From Raillietiella orientalis (taxonomy: Eukaryota), in NCBI GenBank assembly GCA_036172245.1, contig JAYWIR010000019.1, positions 2,232,001 through 2,296,000 of the forward strand: DNA of 64,000 nt, in the 5' to 3' direction. The position numbers and the translations under genes are program-made. Under the pieces are notes generated by a model. That model was given only the letters and a program-made list of their open reading frames with translations. It did no database searches and was not told the DNA's origin. Shown here one piece after another: positions 59,713 through 64,000 of the stretch; positions within the stretch are counted from its first letter, which is position 1, and every line of letters starts with the position of its first letter.

Positions 59713-61319
59713 CTGAAATGTAAATGGAATTATTTAAGATGGGGCAAGGTAGGCTGCCGGCAACGACCAGGGCAGAGATCGGTCACCTCGGCAAGGAACC
59801 AAGCAACCACAGGGAGAAGAAACTGGCGATGCGAAGAGAACGCGAAAAACGCGCGTACAGCACTCGGGGGTCACGAGTGTGACCGGGCAGATTCACTTTT
59901 CGTGACTTTTCCGAGAACCACGTGAAACAAAAACGCGGCGTTGCTTAGGTATCTCTCTCCGAGTTTACTTTCCTCGGTTGAACCTCTTCCTCGCTCCTTA
60001 GCGGGGTTGCACTACGACCTAACAGATGCTTACGGCCAGGAGCTTTCGGCATTCCCTCCCCGCTTTCCTTCTTTGCTCGAACAATTACGGGAGAACAATC
60101 CCCTCCTTGCTGATTTTGGACCTCATCCGCGACATCGGATTGGAACACTCGAAACGTTACTGCCTCCGTGGATGCTGCTTATCTACGGCTGGGACACGAG
60201 TGTGTGCTCTCGGTAAACCTGGACTGTGCTTGGCTCGGAAACGAGAAACAGTGTGTGAAGACACGTTGTACGATGCAGCACGGACCGAAAGAGAAACCCC
60301 ATTAAAGGGAAAAAACGCCGTCCCGTTCCGGAATGCACCGCTCTCCCTGCTTGGGGAGACCGTGGGGGGATGGGGTCGGGGACCGCCTGCGCGATCGCTG
60401 CTTGCGGACTGACGAACGGGTCTCGAGTGGCAGCCGGTCGAGGCGACAAAACCCTCGACTGCTCCGTACCATCCGCTCCTTGTTTCCCGCGAAGAGCACT
60501 TGGATCCTCGAGACTGAAGCTGAGGAAAAACGGACGATCACGCGGACGGAAACTTTTCTGGGACGAAGGCAGTAGGGGTGACGGCCCGCCCGGGCAAAGG
60601 AGCCTTTTTTCCACCTCGCTCTCCCTGCGCTGTCCGTTGGGAATCGAAACCGTGAGGGAGCGACTCACGACATGCCGAGGACACCGTCCGACGTGAGACA
60701 GCACTGTCTCGAAGGCGAGGTCGATCTCTTTGGGGGTGTCACACCGAGTGTGGAAAACTCCGACGAAAAATGGGCGGACGCCCACTCGGCCTTGAGTGAA
60801 AGAAGCACTCAAACTGCATCAGAACCCTCCTGGCCACAACAAAGAACAAGGTTCCGAAGCTGCTCAAGAGCACACTCTGGAAGACGGAAAACCATGATGA
60901 AGGCCAAACAAAAACACGGGTTCGTAGAAAAGGAGAGAAGGTTAGCACTCCCCTTGACAGGGATGGAACACACATAAGGTTAAGGCACTGCCGCAAGGCA
61001 ACTTAACCATATTTTATAAAAAAAAAAAAAAAAAAAAACACGGGTTCGAAGCATGCTGAACATCAGTCAAACGGCTCAGAAAACAGCGACGAACAATCCT
61101 CCGAAAGAAGAAAAAAAACATCAACAACGTGATGAAACTCTGAGCAGCACATGAACAAGCGAACGCAACTGGCGGGGAATTCAGAGAAGACGCAAACGGG
61201 AAGGACGATCTCCGGAGTCGATCTGGAAGTGCCATGAAGGCTGCTCTTTCCGCGAATTGGAAACACCGTGGAAAACAAGCTGTAGAAACCCACCACCCCT
61301 TCACTTTTCAGTCGGAACC

Positions 61320-61996
61320 TGACCCCTGCCTCCATCTGCTTCCACGACACTCCTCAGCACCTTACATTCGAAAGGACCGAAGAGAACTCTCTACCCATCC
61401 CACACCGACACCCCCTTTAGTCAATCTACAAGAACCGATCTCGCCACCTTCTCTCTACACCTAGCTGGAGTCTCATCCATTCCGAGAGCCATCAACTTCG
61501 CGACTACCATCATCAATATACGGCCCTAAAACATATCTCTCTCTCCCAATTTCCCTCATCGCCTATGTCTTCTTGATGTTAGCCTTACCTGTCGTAGCAG
61601 GAACCATCACCATCTCTTATTCGACCAAAAGTTGCACTACATCATAGGATGAGTATGTGCGGTGCTAATATGTATGGGCGTAAGCAGCAACATCCTCGCG
61701 AAACGCTCCTTGGGCGCTGGCTATCCCCAAGACAGGACTTTAACCGACCGAAATGTTTCTTTGATTGCACAAGAAAGGAGACTCCAGCCTTTTGCAGCAG
61801 CTATTTCGATTTTCTGGACATCTTGAAACCACACTTCGATGCTTTGGGGATTTGGAATTGCATCCCACATCACTCTTTTCAATAGATGAACTTTGTACAC
61901 TAGACATGATCCACGCTAGTCACCATCGGCCTTTCAGGACGCACAGCCTCAGCCCACCACATATTTACCACATGCATCAACCGCGACTCACTCGTC
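61320..61996 (+). pseudogene. COX1: NUMT: degenerate nuclear copy of part of mitochondrial cytochrome c oxidase subunit I
   Basis: Invertebrate mitochondrial code, shifting frames: [40 protein letters not shown] (from 61437); LALPVVAGTIT/LLFD; LTDRN; FFD; GDSSLLQQLFRFSGHLE; GFGIASHI; TLDMIHA; IGLSG...AHHMFT. All are in COX1 order. Confidence 0.9.
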
Positions 61997-64000
61997 TTTA
62001 GGCTTGTTGTTCTACTTTTCTATCTTTCTCATAAAGAAATGGATTCGGAGAGAACAATTCCACGAGTGCTCGCGTGCACAAACGAAATGGAGGCAAAAAA
62101 AAAAAAACTTCGCTCAGGAATGCGGCGTACCATCTCCGAAAGCACGGACTTTTTCCCATGGTGTCTCACTGTGTTCAGAGGAAAAGAGACCCCAGAGATG
62201 CGCTCACATGACCCGAAAGACGAAACCAGCAACGGTGCAACGGATGCTGCTGGTACCACAACCTCAAAGTACAAAAATTCTGCCAGGGGAGGCGAAACTG
62301 GCGATGGGAATCTCACGAGGAGGAAAACGAGTGCTGTCCCCCTTGGCATTCCTCTAAGGAAGAATGGACTGCAAGCATCAATGCCAATACGCATGCTTGC
62401 CTCTCGAGATCTCGCACAAACGAACACAAACAGACCCAAGAATGCAACAAAAAAAAAGTGATAGGGGATCAGCAATGATTAGAGCGCCGCATGCCAGTCT
62501 GCATCGAGAGCTGAAAGAGAATGACAGCGACGACATTCTCAGTACCGAAAGCCTTGTGCAACGCGGAGAGTTCAAGTCGCTCTTGAGAGTGGCTGAGCAT
62601 CCGCGATTGCGATCTGCGTTCTGGATGGCACTGCATCCTCAGATTTCCCTTCATCGATCACTTCGATGAAGGGAACTCTCCGTCACGCAACTGTGGAAAG
62701 AGAGAGAGGAAGGATACCAACGTGCACAGACGCATCACCGAGGAGACGACCGGGGGAATCTGAGGCCGCGTCTAATCTGTGAGGTGAGGTGTTCGGAAAC
62801 CACACGGATGGGAAGCACGTGGCCGATGTAGAAACGAAGGGTGCACGGAAAGAAAAAGGGGGAGAACACGCACACAAAAACACACAGCAACTCTTGCATT
62901 TGTGGAACCTCCGAGTTGTGCGAAAGTCGACAGAACGGTTTGCTTTGGTCGACTTCCGCTTTCGCCCGATGCAGAGACCGGGAAGCACTCTCCAGCTAGG
63001 GAACTCAGGGGCACACGTCGGTGCATGCCCCGGGCACGCTGGAAGCACGCAATGGTTCACTGGTTAGATTGAAAACACCACGTATTCCACAACACGAGGG
63101 CAGAGCTACCACCACTTCTTGCACCCTCCCTGCTGGCATGGCGCGTCCCCATCACGTTCCACGCAGTTGGGACGCGCACTTGCGACCATCTGTACACAAC
63201 AAAGCGCGTTTCACGCGCGCAGAATGTACAATGTACCACACAGTATCGAAACGAGACGGCTGATTGCAGCGCAGGTTGAAAAAGTCGAAACCGCGGGCAC
63301 GGGGCCACTGACAAGTCCACTTCCGTCGACACTCGCACACGATTTCACATCGCACGGCAGCTGACGACGGCTGCCAAAAGGACTGGGCACTGGGATCGCC
63401 ACAGACAGGATACACCAGCAGTCGGTGGAATGAAGACCTCGGCTTCGGGGTTCAAGAGAACTTGAAAAAGTGAAAACACAAGGTGCTGCCACACGGTCGA
63501 AGAGCGAAAAAACGGTTTCACAGCAGAATGGGTTTCACAAGACGGAAAAAGAAGTTCCACGGAAAAGCAGATTCCGTGTGCTTGGCCATTCGAGAACTAA
63601 GTTTGAAGAGGGGAGGGGGGAGGCACTGCACCGCGTGTTTGTTTCGATTGGTAAAATTGTCGGAAAGCAGACACGATAGTTTGCAAAACAAATGTCCCAA
63701 ACTGCTGGATCGAGAGAAAGAAAGAAAGAAAAAAAAACATGCTCCTGGTCCAGTTAGGCTCAGAGCACCTGGCGCAAAATTTTACGAGAGAGCGTCTCTT
63801 TGCGATCCTTCCGTAGCGAGCATCAACGTCGGAAATCCACGCTGGGATCGGTCAAACACCAGCGCTGAACTGATGTGGACGCCCCCCATGGTGTTTGCCG
63901 AACCCGCGTTGTGCAATCCGAAAGTCAGTAGCCACAACAATGCCCGGGGCTTCACCGTGAATCCGATGTCGAAAATCTCTTCCGACGGACGGAGGGACCG

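Noticed and set aside
59823..64000. Start codon and promoter of the sas-like gene
   Set aside because: No convincing ATG plus signal-peptide exon found; it may lie beyond the window

Overview
Eukaryotic (arthropod-like, probably crustacean) nuclear DNA. I see no prokaryotic operons, CRISPR arrays or intact autonomous transposons. The main feature is one large minus-strand spliced gene, read by hand as 22 GT-AG exons with consistent phase (59712 down to 22716; 4670 nt, about 1555 aa, N-terminus not found). It encodes a single-pass receptor with about 8 VWC, 2 EGF-like and about 6 FN3-like modules, a TM helix and a cytoplasmic NPxY, resembling Drosophila stranded at second (Sas). Its introns and flanks hold decayed gene pieces: Sfmbt-like MBT repeats (16.1-16.8 kb), an RFWD3-like WD40 region with an intron remnant (26.5-27.6 kb), an old mitochondrial COX1 insertion (61.3-62.0 kb), and weaker WD40/Elp2-, LRR-, hAT- and LINE-like traces. 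The GC-rich first 16 kb contains a tRNA-headed composite repeat (3 copies), a 314-bp hairpin with 124-bp perfect arms, a 12-bp minisatellite in an AT-rich island, and a small TIR element. All homology calls come from remembered motifs, not database searches. I cannot demonstrate a new biological system. The best leads are the density of captured gene fragments, the long hairpin, and a possible alternative receptor C-terminus (...NPAYKV-stop).
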